From: Octopus sinensis
Taxonomy: Eukaryota
DNA length: 64,000 bases
NCBI RefSeq assembly: GCF_006345805.1
Contig: NC_043001.1
Span: 92,504,001-92,568,000 of the forward strand
Direction: 5' to 3'
In this document: positions 1 to 12,766 of the stretch, in pieces
Position numbering within the stretch: position 1 is the stretch's first letter
Layout: each line of letters opens with the position of its first letter
Notes under the pieces: generated by a model
Seen by the model: the letters and a program-made list of their open reading frames with translations, nothing else
The model's database searches: none
What the model was told of the DNA's origin: nothing
Translations under genes and position numbers: made by a program

Positions 1-261
1 TGAAAACAGAAACAATTCCTATCATAGTAGGTGCATTAGGCATGATAAAAAATATTCAGACAAATACATAACAAAAACACCAGGACTTACAAACACATAT
101 AACATACAGAAAATTGCACTACTAGGCACTGCACACATCCTACGCAGAACACTTTCCATAAAATAACCATCAGAGCATCACAACAAATCACAGCACATAT
201 CCAAGGCACACAGAGCTGCGCTCGGTAGTGAAGTGAAAGCACGCTATAAAAATAAAACTAC
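1..261 (+). mobile_element. 3' end of an RLE-type (R4/Dong-like) non-LTR retrotransposon
   Basis: Encodes KTETIPIIVGALG and closely matches 18480-18729. It ends directly in (TAA)n followed by (GAA)n. Confidence 0.85.
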
Positions 262-368
262 ATAATAATAATAATAATAATAATGAAGAAGAAGAAGAAG
301 AAGAAGAAGAAGAAGAAGAAGAAGAAGAAGAAGAAGAAGAAGAAGAAGAAGAAGAAGAAGAAGAAGAA
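262..368. repeat. (TAA)n/(GAA)n microsatellite
   Basis: Seen directly in the sequence. Confidence 0.95.
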
Positions 369-389
369 AGAGCAACAGCAACAACAAAT

Positions 390-1385
390 AGGAGAGTGAA
401 AGGAACATCTGGGGGAAAAGAACCACTCAGCCCGTATCTCGGACAAATGCAAGACCTTGGTTATGGCTGAAGAATAGGGTATTTAAGAAAGAAACAGAAG
501 GATTCACAATGGCTTAAAGCCTATCATTGCGACCAGATATGCAGAGTATGTGATGAGAAAGAATAATCCGTTTTGCACTTATCAAATTCCTGTTGTCCTT
601 TGTCACAGAATTTAGACACAGACGCCCCAGTGTGGCCATGGCACTACACTGAGATATATTACGGCAAAAATTTTGAAGTAGGAAGAAAATAGTACCAGCA
701 TCAACGAAAAAGTGTAATTGAGAATGATAAGTATAAGGTCTTATGAACTTTAATATCACCTTGATCACCTTGACCGACCAGTACGTCGGGCGTCCATTTG
801 ACACCGCTGGTCACAGCACGCTGTCCACTCCTCTCTGGATCTCGCCTTTCTCATCCACGTGATCCCAATCGTCCTCCTGAAATCGTAACTCCACCGTCGT
901 GGAGGCCTTCCGGATGGTCGTTTCCGCTCGCGCGGGTACCACTCGATAGCTACGCGGGTCCACCGATTATCGGTGAGCCGGGCGACGTGTCCAGCCCATC
1001 TAAACTTGCTGCGTGTATACTCTGCGATGACATCCCTCACGCCGGACTTCTTTCTGATGATCTCGCTACTGATGTGCCCTCTCAACGAGATACCAAGCAT
1101 TGACCTTTCCATGGCTCTTTGGTAGTGAAACATGGGCTACCACAAAGAGAGAAGATGAACTTTAATATACTACGGCAAAAATTTTGAAGTAGGAAGAAAA
1201 TGGTACCAGCATCAACGAGAAAGTGTAATTGAGAATGATAAGTATAAGGTCTTATGTACTTTAATATACGGACTGAATACGAACTTCATGCAAGGCGACC
1301 AGATATCATCGTTCTGGACAAGGGGAAAAAGTAGTGCATAAGAAAATATCAGGATTTGGTTAGGGAAATTCGGCGACTCTGGCGG
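390..1385 (+). mobile_element. Degenerate second RLE-type LINE family, interrupted by an RTE insertion
   Basis: Broken frames give WLWLKNRVFKKETEGF, CRVCDEKE (zinc knuckle), ARRPDIIVLD and KYQDLVREIRRLW (RLE domain). Confidence 0.7.
757..1154 (-). mobile_element. 5'-truncated RTE-clade LINE with 14-bp TSD
   Basis: MERSMLGISL...KFRWAGHVARLTDNRWT...KRPSGRPPRRW is an RTE C-terminus. TSD ATGAACTTTAATAT at 743-756 and 1155-1168. Confidence 0.9.
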
Positions 1386-1389
1386 GATT

Positions 1390-3290
1390 TCCCAAAACTA
1401 ATAGGTGCTCTAGAAACCGATACCATCCACACCAGACTCATCCACCTTTCAACAAAAATACCGGAACTTGAAAAGTCGATGCCGGCTTTCAACCTCGTCC
1501 ACCATACTACTACCGGTTTCACCACAGCCACCAATCTGCTTTCCTTTCAACCTCATCCTCCACATTACCTCTTTCGCTATAGCCACCAAACTGGAAAGCT
1601 GCTTTCCCTTACCGGCCGAAAGAAGGCGACAAGGCGATCTTCACAATGGACTCAGCTGATAACCGAATCCGTCCGGCACGCCTCAACAGCAGTACGACAA
1701 AGCTCCCCACGCCAGCAATGTCAGGAGCCTGGATGAGTGCATACAGGACGGTTTGATCATCCTGTGGGTCCGTCTTACAGTACAACCGGGCCTATAGAGC
1801 TTGTGTTGATCTGGTAAAGCTCGCCGGTAACACTGTCATGCCAGAGATTTCTGGAAATTATCTATGGGTCTCGGCCCGAAAGGGCTCTCTAAAAGACCAG
1901 CTAATTGTTCTCTTCGACGCCCAGAATTTCCCCGAGGACGTCGTCGCTCTTGCTCGCCATTAATCCCCTATAGAACTCCAATGTGGAACATCCACCGACC
2001 ACATTGCTCGACTGGTAGAGGGCTGTGAGCGCTTGGCGACACTTCAGGTGCCAGGCACCATTTCTCGACCTGTACTCAATCAAGAACTATTTCTCCGTCA
2101 ATGAGCTGCGAAAAAATCTGTCTGACAAACGGCGACCACACTTGGAAAAGTTGGAGATGTCACAACCTCCAGGCATATCTGCACGTATTAGCCACAGCAT
2201 ATTCAATCCTCCATTTAGCGGCTGCTGACGTCATACGAATAGAACACGTCCCTTCTACACAAAACGGAAGAGCAAGCGCTCCAGCTTGATCAGCCGCGAA
2301 GCAGAAGAAACGATGGCCAGGCGGTAATAGACAAGGGAAGCAGCATATGCATTTGCCAACTCCCACCGACCTTTCAGGAACAGCTTCCACTCTTCCGCTT
2401 TCCGAATGAGACTAATCCTACAGGTCAACTCCCCCCACCGACACGCACCAGTTCTTGTCTACCTGGAGGTCTGGCCTCGATCATCACCGATCATCCTACA
2501 TCCCTTCCATTCAGCGCCCTGCAACACTGTAGGATGACATAGACTTTCCTCGCCAAGTGCCAAGCTGCAGGCCAACCGACTTCTCTTGGTTAATCTTTGC
2601 TCCTTTCACTGCTTCATATTACCATAAAGTAGAGCCGATCACCTCGATTTTTGAGAGGTCCGACACTATTACAGTGACGTCATCCACATAAGCTGACACG
2701 AGCCTTCCGCATCCAAGTTCACGTAGGATGCTCTTGAAACATCCAGTTCCTTAGTAATGGCTCGAAAGCTAGTACGTATATAAGGAGTGATAACGGGTAT
2801 CCTTGACGGACCGAACGTACGATGCTAAACTATTCCGATAGGTGACCATTTACTTTAACCACCGAACAGATATCCCTGTATATTGTAGCGATCCATCCAC
2901 TGAAAACGAGCCCGAAATCGACCGACGCGAGTACAGCCTCCAAGTACAAGTGGTCGACACTATCAAAAGTTTTCGGTCCAAATTGATCAGGTCCACATCC
3001 ATGCCAAGTTCCTTACCTCTCTATGGTGCAGCGCCTGAGGTGCACGTTGTCGTTCATATATGTATTTGGAATAGCGCATATGTGCAAATTACTGACCAGC
3101 TTAACGACAAGTACCAATCTCTTAGCTTGGCCAAAATCTTATAATCTGCACCCGACAACTTCCGATAGACTAACTTGCAAACCCGGTCTCTGAAAGCTTG
3201 ACGCATCAGAAAAGGCACATTCAGCTTCCAGTTTCCGGGGCCTTGCCTATGGATTCTATCTTGGTCGAGCATACGGCATGAAAATTTGTG
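1390..3290 (-). mobile_element. Degenerate Tx1/L1-clade LINE ORF2
   Basis: GPGNWKLN after the endonuclease region (about 3240), SAYVDDVTV RT motif (about 2690) and DNFQKSLAWQCYRR C-terminal region (about 1850). Many stops and deletions. Confidence 0.75.
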
Positions 3291-3889
3291 GTCTCTGCAG
3301 TCGAGGACGTTAAATTGTGGACAACTTATGCTACTTTAAGATGCGTGAAAGAATAGCCGGATAGCTTAATGCACTGATCAGCAGGAATGAAGGGATACTT
3401 GAGTGGGCAAATATTAGATGAACAGTACTGTGTTTGAAGGATTCTCGGGTCTTGCAAATAAAACTAAAGAACAAATGGACACGAGGGGAATGTTTCTATA
3501 CTACAAGCTTTTCTTACAGCGGTTCTCTACCGACAAAGTAGAGTGAAATTTCCGTGGGTGGTGCAGTAACCAACGTTTCAGACATGCTCCACATTCTTCA
3601 GGGTAAAAAAAAAGACAGGAGTGAGCTAAAAGAGTCTTACATCCTATATATTTGAGAAAATGGTTGCTACTGATGAGCAGTGCAGGACACCATGAGCTTC
3701 ATACGTAGACAGAAAATAGCAAGCAACATAAACTGGATGAGAGAGGGAAAAGGCAGGAGAAATGGAAAATCAGCCAAATTGTCAAAACATTAATGCTTAC
3801 AACGTCTTATATTACGAATAATATGTGACAATAGGAAAAAAATAAGTCAACCGGGCCTTATATTTTCATAGATCTATAGTGATTCTTGT

Positions 3890-4085
3890 GGAGGCACGTG
3901 GCTTAGTGGTAAGGGTGTCAGCACCATGATCGTAAGATTGTGGTTTCGATTCCTGGACCGGGCGACGCGTTGTGTTCTTGAGCAAAACACTTCATTTCAC
4001 GTTGCTCCAGTCCACTCAGCTGGCAAAAATGAGTAACGCTGCGAGGGACTGGCGTCCCGTCTAGCTGGGGAACACATACGCCATA
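3890..4085 (+). mobile_element. tRNA-derived SINE (family C)
   Basis: A/B-box-like head (TGGCTTAGTGG, GGTTTCGATTCC) plus TTGTGTTCTTGAGCAAAACACTT core. Related copies at about 10445-10570 and 30590-30880. Confidence 0.75.
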
Positions 4086-5041
4086 GGCTTTAAAAGGGCG
4101 CATTTATTTTTATTTTTATAGTGATGCTTGAAATGGAACGGTTCTTGTTAATGTGTCGATCAGCATGATGGCAATAAAAAAAAATCCAAATGTTTCTCTG
4201 AGGATTTGCAATCTTACCCTCAAAATCGTCTGAAACTCTTTTGGGGAGGTTATATGCCGCTGGTTATATGAAATTAAAGATCTCCTGCCCTCGTGTATCG
4301 CTTCGAAAAGCCAAAATCTTTCAATACTTCAGCAAAGTATAATCTACATCGTATTGCACGACTTTTTAATGAATAATTTTAATACATTAAATTGATTGTG
4401 CCGTGTGTTTGTTGTCGTTGTTTTCGGGGGGGGGGGGTTCGAAAATATCGATCTGAGCGGCTTATCACATAACATGAAAATCATTCGGAGATTTATTTCG
4501 CGTCACGGGATTTCACATTAGATTGGGTTAATGAACACGTTGCTTCTGTAACGCGGAGAATCTTGTATTGCTAGATGGCTAAAATGCTCTTCCAGAATGT
4601 AATTGGTATGCATGTATCCATGTGTGTATATGTATATATGTATATATATATATGTGTGTGTGTGTGTGTATGTACACACATACATATATTTACACAAATT
4701 CGTGCATACATGAAAACAGATCCATTTATATATATATACATACATATATATCTCCACATACATACAAACATACACATATCTATATATAAACGGCAAAATG
4801 TCTGTGTGTGTGTAGCCTTTATACAAATCCACAATTTTTTAGATTGAGGGATCGCACTTTCTATGGTCATTCAAACCCGTCCAAGGGTGGTCGTGCATAT
4901 CTTTACATTTCCCCAGTCGCCCCGCAAAGCCATTAAAAAATCAATTGAAGTGACTTTTTTGTGAATTTTCTATCCAAATCCCAATCAAAATGCCCGAAAC
5001 TTGATATGCCAATTGAATGCTAGCTAGCTGTATATGCATGC

Positions 5042-5082
5042 ACTAGCACTATGACCCGGCGTTGCCGGGTCATAGTGCTAGT
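5042..5082 (+). mobile_element. Probable Helitron/Helentron-type terminus (perfect hairpin ending CTAG|T)
   Basis: ACTAGCACTATGACCCGGC-GTT-GCCGGGTCATAGTGCTAGT is a perfect 19-bp stem with a 3-nt loop. Confidence 0.55.
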
Positions 5083-5647
5083 ATATATATATATATATAT
5101 ATATATATGTTAATAAAATAGAACATATGCATATATATAAACATATATGTACGTACCTACCTCTACATGTACATATACACGCATATATGTGTACAGGACA
5201 CCAAAAAGACGTCGAACACATAGAGAGACGAAGCACATAGACACAAACCAAGGAACAAGACAAGCAAAAAAAAGAGAGAGATACAGGACAATAAGCACAA
5301 CGAAAAAACCCTTTCTTCAGTCGCTAAGATTTCATCTACTAAACGTTTCGAAGGATAAAAGCGAGACGTATACTTCGAAGAAAAATTCCTTCCCGCGAAA
5401 AGCAAATCAATTAAAATTCTGAGATCTTTTCGCAGAGGGGTAAAAAAAAAAAAGCAAGACGGTAACGACAGTACAAACATATAAACAGTAAAAAATATAT
5501 ATATAAACAGTGGAAAAATAAATATATAACAGTGAGAGACAGGACAAGGAGATATACATACTCTTATTTTTAGCAATACTGGTACTAATTAGTAACCTCT
5601 GTCACTTTAGTAACCTTTATTAATGCCTGTAAATATATATATATATA

Positions 5648-6233
5648 TCTTTACTCTTTTACTTGTTTCAGTCATTTTGCCTGCGGCCATTCTGGAGCAC
5701 CGACTTTAGTCGAGCAAATCGACCCCAGGACTTATTCTCTGTAAGCCTAGTACTTATTCTATCGGTCTCTTTTTGCCGAACCGCTAAGTTACGGGGACGT
5801 AAACACACTAGCATCGGTTGTCAAGCGATATTGGGGACACACACACAAACATATGCACACATGCATATATATAAATATATATAAATATATATATATATTA
5901 TATATATATATATTATATATATATATATATATCACGTGATCACGTGACCGACCAGGCTATCAGATGTTGCTACACAACGCTGATCACAATGCGCTTCGCA
6001 TTGTTTTAGCCTTCAAATGACGCCACCCCGCTGGCTAAGCGAGCAGGCCAATATATATTATATATATACGCGACGGACTTCTTTCAGTTTCCGTCTACCA
6101 AATCCACTCAGAAGGCTTTGGTCGGCTCGAGGCTATATTAGAAGACTCTTGCCCAAGGTGCCACGCAGTGGGACTGAACTCGGAACCATGTGGTTGGTAA
6201 GCAAGCTACTTACCACACACCCACTCCTGCGCC
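5648..6233 (-). mobile_element. tRNA-derived SINE (family B) with nested microsatellite and RTE-tailed insert
   Basis: Head GGCGCAGGAGTGG...GGTTCCGAGTTCAGTCCCACTGCGTGGCACCTTGGGCAAG on -. A similar copy lies at about 36050-36430 and a fragment at about 43880-44110. Confidence 0.8.
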
Positions 6234-6281
6234 TATATATATATATATATATGTATGTATATATATATATATACATGTATT

Positions 6282-6686
6282 TTCAAACACTTTGTCTTGT
6301 TTGTAAAACTAGAAATTATTTTACCCAATTAATTTTAAAATAAAGTCATATGTTATTTCCAACAATATAATACATTAGTGGTTTATCGTTTCTAAGTAAC
6401 TATGTAATTGGTGTTATATAAGAAGTTTATAGTTATATTTTTTCACTAGGATAGGTTTTTCTCATAAATGCTATTCATATATATATTCAAACACTTTGTC
6501 TTGTATAAAACTGGAAATTATCCCAATTAATTTTATGATAAAGTCATATGTTATTTCCAACAATATTATACAATAGTGGTTTATCGTTTGTAAGTAACTA
6601 TGTAGTTGGTGTTTTATAAGAAGCTTGTAGTTATATTTTTCAGAAAATATCTCACTAGGATAGGTTTTTCTTGCAAATGCTATTCA
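6282..6686. repeat. Tandem duplication of a unit of about 200 bp
   Basis: 6282-6477 and 6486-6686 both run TTCAAACACTTTGTCTTGT...AAATGCTATTCA. Confidence 0.85.
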
Positions 6687-7549
6687 AATAGCAGTCATAT
6701 TGGCGACATTGACATCATTGATAATACAGCGTCGTGTTAGAGTAGGACTGAACAAAACACGGTCATGAAAGGCCACCCTAATTTATTAGCATGTTTACTT
6801 TCTTAATACGTTACTATTCAATTATAGGAGTTAAATATGTCTTAAATTTATTTTTGCATCATTAACTCATTTTCTGCATTAACCAAACAAATCATACTAT
6901 AACTAGTGTAAGAGATTTAACTGTTCCACTTCACATGAAAAGCGATCAAAAAGTCAAGGCAAGTTAGTCAGGCGCCGATTTGACGGAGATTTTCGAGTTT
7001 CTGTTCGAATGTAATGCATTATTTGCTTACGGTTTTCTAGTTTCTGAGTTCAAATCACGCAATGGTCACCTTTCTTCAATTTGACCTTGATTAATAAAAC
7101 AGCGACCCAAGGTAGTTGGTTGGTATTGGTAATTCAGACAATTGTTTTAATATCTGCTGAGGTACCTTGTTGTATCGAGTTTTGGTCTCTGCATTCTAAT
7201 TTTGAAAGCTCGCTTTTCTATCACCAGCCATTTAATGTCGATAAAAAGGGCTTTTCAGGATTCGGATAACAGTACAAAGCATCTGGAGTCAGACGGAACG
7301 AAGCATCGTTTAGAATAGCACACCAGTTACATGAATAAAAGGAAGCTAGACCTTGCATAGAGTGATATAAACAACGCTGGAAGATGAGCAACAACAAATA
7401 ATTAGTCTATCGTTTCATCATTATGCTGGATCACATTTTATAATTAGGTATTGGTTAATAAATTAATCTCACGTATAGTAATACAATAATGAAGCTGACC
7501 TTTTAAATTACACACTATTTCAATCAACCAATTTCACTCACAAGCGTAT

Positions 7550-7585
<36 letters not shown>

Positions 7586-7839
7586 CAATAATTACAACGA
7601 TATAGATATGGACACTTGATCATCTTCAACCTTTATTTCCTTTTATTTTATAATTTTATGCAGCTTATTTTTATTCGTGTTACACATCGGAGGAATGTAC
7701 ACCGTGAATAACAGCTATAAGTAGTTAGATATGCTAAATACTAATCCATGCGGTTAGACGTAACCTGCAACATAACTGAGAGCCACCACACCATCCGGCC
7801 GGATAACATATCCCTCCAACCTCACACTATAATGCATCG

Positions 7840-8990
7840 TCACCACAGTTCAATCGTGCTGGATGATCATGAATTGTGACTCGTTTTTCCGCATGATTCA
7901 ACTCGTCACTTGCTGGAGATTCGTGTCAGTGGTTACAACCAATGGTCTCTCGTTACATGGATTTTTCTTCAATGCCAGATTCCTTTACTTTAATTTCCTT
8001 CATCCAACTGTGCACATTACTGTTGTCAGTTGTGTCATCTCCTGAAAGAAACATAATCCTTTTCCCGATGTCAGACAGCTTGCATCCCTTCCATCGCCAA
8101 AAGCTCAATGATGGCACGTTGCTTCTTCTTGGAAACCATTATTTTCCTGCAGCGAAGAACAAGAAGAAGAGTTGGTATAAAGTAAGAATTAAATTATTGT
8201 TGTGTTGTTTAAACGATTTGTGTTAATTGATAAAGACGTTACATATATTTTGCACCAGATTTGAATAAGAGAAGGACGAAAGGTTCTTTCTGAAAACTTT
8301 TGAAGCCAATGAAGACACATTCTTTACCTATTTGGCAATAGGAGATGAATTGCGGTGGTGAGGGGCGTATGTATGAGCTAGAAACAAAGATTCAGTCCAT
8401 GGAATGGCGATCCACTTCTATTTTCAACAGCAGTGGTGTTGAAAATATCCACAAAATTAAATATATCAACAAAGGATTCTTTCAAACCACTTCTATCAAC
8501 AACAACAACAACGTATACGAAGTTTAAGAGCCAACGATCAGCAATGGACTGGGGTCAGAAGGATGTCATTCTCTTTGATTTCCTAGAACGTGGATGTATT
8601 ATGGCCAACGAACCTTACATTCATTAAGGGGTCCTTGTACTGGCTTTTCTAACCCTTTGGTTAGAAAAGCCATTACAAGGACGAGAACGAATAATAATCT
8701 AAAAACAATCCTCATTCACCATGATAACATATAACAACACCTACCTTTAGTACCAAATCAGACAATCGGTAAATTGAATTGGTCAGTGGGTTCCCCGCAC
8801 CATACCTCCTGGCTCTGGCAACATGCAACTTCCACCTTTTCAATCCAACGATTTAATGACACAGACAAAGTGGATGAAGAGCGTACGACTATGCATACCT
8901 GGATTCCTTCAAAGCAGATTCGTGACCTTGCTCCGAGGTCGGTGCAAATACATCGCTTACGATGAAAACTAAAGTAAGCTGTACCCTTGT
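7840..8990. mobile_element. Rearranged mariner transposase remnant
   Basis: N-terminus MVSKKKQRAIIELLAMEG on - from 8139. The catalytic part is on +: AIGDE, YELETKIQSMEWR, KFKSQRSA, VILFDFLERG and a decayed HPPYSPDLAP region near 8790-8830. Confidence 0.7.
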
Positions 8991-9919
8991 ATAAAGAAAA
9001 GGACACCCTACCTACAATGGTAATGTGAACGACCAATGTCAGTTAATAAAAAAAGTTATACTAAATCTTGAAAGGGTTGTGGGACAAAGCCCTTGAATAG
9101 AAATAGAGAAACATATTCTTGGACATATCAGGTACATGAACTGATATAAATAGAACTTCTTCAAATAATCACAATCTTTGCCTCACAAGATGTTTTTATT
9201 CTTATAACGATATTATAAAATCTAAAATTTGGGGAAGGAAATATGTGAATATTTCTTTTCTCTGACTCAGTTTATACCTATGAGGCATCATATAGAGAAA
9301 TATATGTGTGTGTGTACATATATATATATATATATAAATATATATATTAGAAAAAATGAGGTACTCCGAAATCTGGATGGTTTTACATTTACAGATATTT
9401 ATTAGTATGTTACATGTTTTTATAAATCATATGTAATATATAGCGCTTTCGTCCACTCTAGTGGAGTTTACAAATTGAAATATATATATATATATATTTT
9501 AGTGGGATCCGTAATGCTGCTACTATAGCTACTTGTTGCAGAGTTGTTACTGCTGCTATCGCTTTTAGTGGTAGGCTGATGCCAATATTATAATATCTAC
9601 TAACTGATATTATAATATCTACTAACTATTGCAATAGCGATAGCAAAGATATCTAACCTAGAAGTAGCAGCCTGCACACCTTGCTCACTGATGGTATTGT
9701 TGCGTACAGTATTAGTGTCGGTTGAGATAGTAGTGATAGGAGGAATATTAATATTATTATTAATGTTTTTCCTACTGCCATTTTTATTAGAAGCGGTGCC
9801 AACATTCCCCGAGCCTGAGCTCGGCAACTAATTATAATAGTCAGCAACATTTTGACTGGTACTTTTCGTTTTACAAACCAACTGCAAATTTACAAATTAC
9901 GTATTGGTATCTAATATTG

Positions 9920-10136
9920 ATTTCAAAGTGTGGCAGAAAGCCAGCAATTTCGGGAATGAAGTAAGTGGATTACATCGATAAAAATCAGTTCAGCTGGTAC
10001 TTATTTTATCGATCTTGAAAGGATGAAAGGCAAAGTCGGCTTCGGCAGAATTTGAACTTACGCAGACTGTAATGACGGACGAAATGCCGATAAGCATTTT
10101 TCCCCGGGGTGCCCACGATTCTGTCAACTCGCCGCC
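9920..10136 (-). mobile_element. tRNA-derived SINE (family A, core GCCTTTCATCCTTTCGGGGTCGATAAA)
   Basis: The most abundant SINE in the window. Other copies at about 16862-17026(-), 17045-17251(-), 20744-20972(+), 35830-36030(-), 39590-39775(-), 40210-40420(-), 40770-40900(+), 48320-48460(-), 55440-55580(-), 59830-60027(-) and 62560-62750(-). Confidence 0.8.
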
Positions 10137-10140
10137 TTAA

Positions 10141-10340
10141 ATATTGATATCTTATTGATATCTTATTGATATCATATTAATATCATATTGATATCTTATT
10201 GATACCTTAAATATTGATATCTTAATGATATCTTTTTGATATCTTATTGATATCATATTGATATCCTATTGATATCTTATTGATATCATATTGATATCTT
10301 ATTGATATCTTATTGATATCCTAAATATTGATATCTTATA
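10141..10340. repeat. Minisatellite with an 11-bp unit (ATTGATATCTT and variants)
   Basis: Seen directly; each unit contains the GATATC palindrome. Confidence 0.9.
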
Positions 10341-11569
10341 TTGACAAAGATCTAGAAATGTGTTGAGGATAATCATGAAACGATGAAAATAAAGGTGACA
10401 TGATACATTATGGGATTTTAATACAGAGTCTAATGAAGGTAACTAAATCTTGCAGTTAGTTTGACAATATGTCATACTCGTAGGTTTGATTCCTTCGACT
10501 GGTGGTGCCTTGTTCCATTGAGCAAAGTACATCCTAACACGTTGCTCCAGTCTACTCAGCTGAAAAGTAGTATCAATATGACTGCTGGTGCAGTCCTCCC
10601 TTCGAACAGTTGTTACATCCTCAATGTACCACTGGTCCAAGAACAAGAGGACTGAGAGGTGTGTCTATGTCTGTTCACGTCTATATAAGTACTAAAACAA
10701 CTTGCAAAAGCGTGGTACAAACTATCAGGTCATATTCGCTTAGAAGTGACGGCTAAGATATATCATGGCCACCATTCTGCTGAGTTTTATAGCAAAACAT
10801 TGATAGCAGATTAGTTGTGTTCTTTAATCGAAATGTCTACTCGAGCTGTAAAATTCATGACTGTACTTTGCTATCTACCTAGATTACATGCAGAAGATAT
10901 CTCAAATGATGCCGGAAAAATTAGGTGCCGGAAAAATTAGATGCCGAAAAAAATAGTTGTCTGGATAGAATAATAAATATTAAATAACATAACTCATTAA
11001 GTATTAGCAAAAAGTATAGCAGATTTTCCCATCATATTCTTTGTCTAGGGCGTGTAGAGTATGTCGAAATTCTTTACTTACCGTAGATGACATAACTGAA
11101 ATAAAAAAACTACTCTGTATATTCAAATTTAATCTTGCTTCATACACGCCATCGCCACCACCACTTCACATTACAGTCCCTTTCTTAGCTCTTGGTATTT
11201 TTAGTACCACACGAATTAAAAGTTTTTGAAAGGCAGTTAACTCTGTTACTTAATCATTACCACCAAATAATTCAGCTACCCTGAATAGTTTATTGTCGAG
11301 TAAATCATTATTACGAAGGAAATCGCAAACTCTTTCAAGTGTATAAGAAGAGAAAAGCGTATTCATTCGAAGGCAGTCACGCACTTTGAGCAGACACAAA
11401 ACAGAGGTTTAGATATAACTGGATATGAACCGAGAACTTTGTCAACAAATGTAACAATACTTATTTAATCACTTCAAAGTATAATGAGTATTCTAGATAT
11501 ATGAATGAATTGCGTGCCATTATCCTGAAGGCGTATGTGCATATGAATGCATGCCTATAAATATATATA

Positions 11570-11596
11570 TACGTACGTACATACCTACCCACCTAC

Positions 11597-11632
<36 letters not shown>

Positions 11633-11677
11633 GCACACGCGCACATACATACATACATACATACATACATACATACA

Positions 11678-11711
<34 letters not shown>

Positions 11712-11715
11712 CATA
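11570..11715. repeat. (ACAT)n microsatellite
   Basis: Seen directly in the sequence. Confidence 0.9.
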
Positions 11716-12312
11716 TGCATGTGTGTCAATATATGCATATATATATAAGACCTTTTTCTTAGAATAGATACAGTTACAAGAGTATCTTCTTCAGATAACC
11801 TTTCTGCCTCTCCTGAGAAAATATTCGAAGATAAAAATGTGAGTACAACAAATTTTTTGACAATTTTCTCTTAGAGATTTTTTTAATATTGCATTAAAAC
11901 ATACTTAATTGATTTAAATTTAATTTTTCTCACCTAGTTTGCATTCAAGTCCTAACCAATTATATTTGTTTTAAAAGTTGCTTTAAAATTTATCTGAATA
12001 TTCATCAGTTCATTTCTTCTTTGCAAGTTTTCCTCTCTTCCTTTCGCCCACTATTAAGCAATCACAAACATAATTATATACATACATATTAAATTATACT
12101 GTGTTTTATTAATTATATTGTATTATATATATATATAATATATATATGTGTGTGTGTGTGTGTGGTGTGTGTGTGTGTGTGTATGTGTGTGTGTATTAGA
12201 ATAATGTAAATATATGTAATTCGTTATTATATTTATACAATTAAAGACAGTACGTATATATAGATACATTCATATATGTATGTGTGTGTACACATTCATA
12301 CATATATATATG

Positions 12313-12349
<37 letters not shown>

Positions 12350-12673
12350 ATATTAGAAGAAATGAGGTAATCAGAAGATCGGATGGTTTATATTTACAGA
12401 TATTTATTTATATATTACATTTTTTTACATATATATCATATCACTGAGATCATTAGCGCTTTCTCCCATTCTAGTGGGGTTTTCAGCTATATGATATATA
12501 TATATAAGCTACATATATAATTTATGCATAATATACGTATCATTTTTAAACGGCAGAATTTACAAAGTGATTCAAGCGTCGAGAGGTTTCGTATATGTCA
12601 TTTATCAAACTTTGAGAAGATCCGCGCAGAAACGTTCGGCCTTTTGTAACTTCTGCAGATTAATAATAATAAG

Positions 12674-12766
<93 letters not shown>

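Noticed and set aside
3890-3965. tRNA gene candidates here and at other SINE heads
   Set aside because: A/B boxes are present but there is no complete cloverleaf, and each continues into a SINE body.
10141-10340. Possible CRISPR-like array
   Set aside because: The units are contiguous with no unique spacers, there are no cas genes, and the context is eukaryotic.
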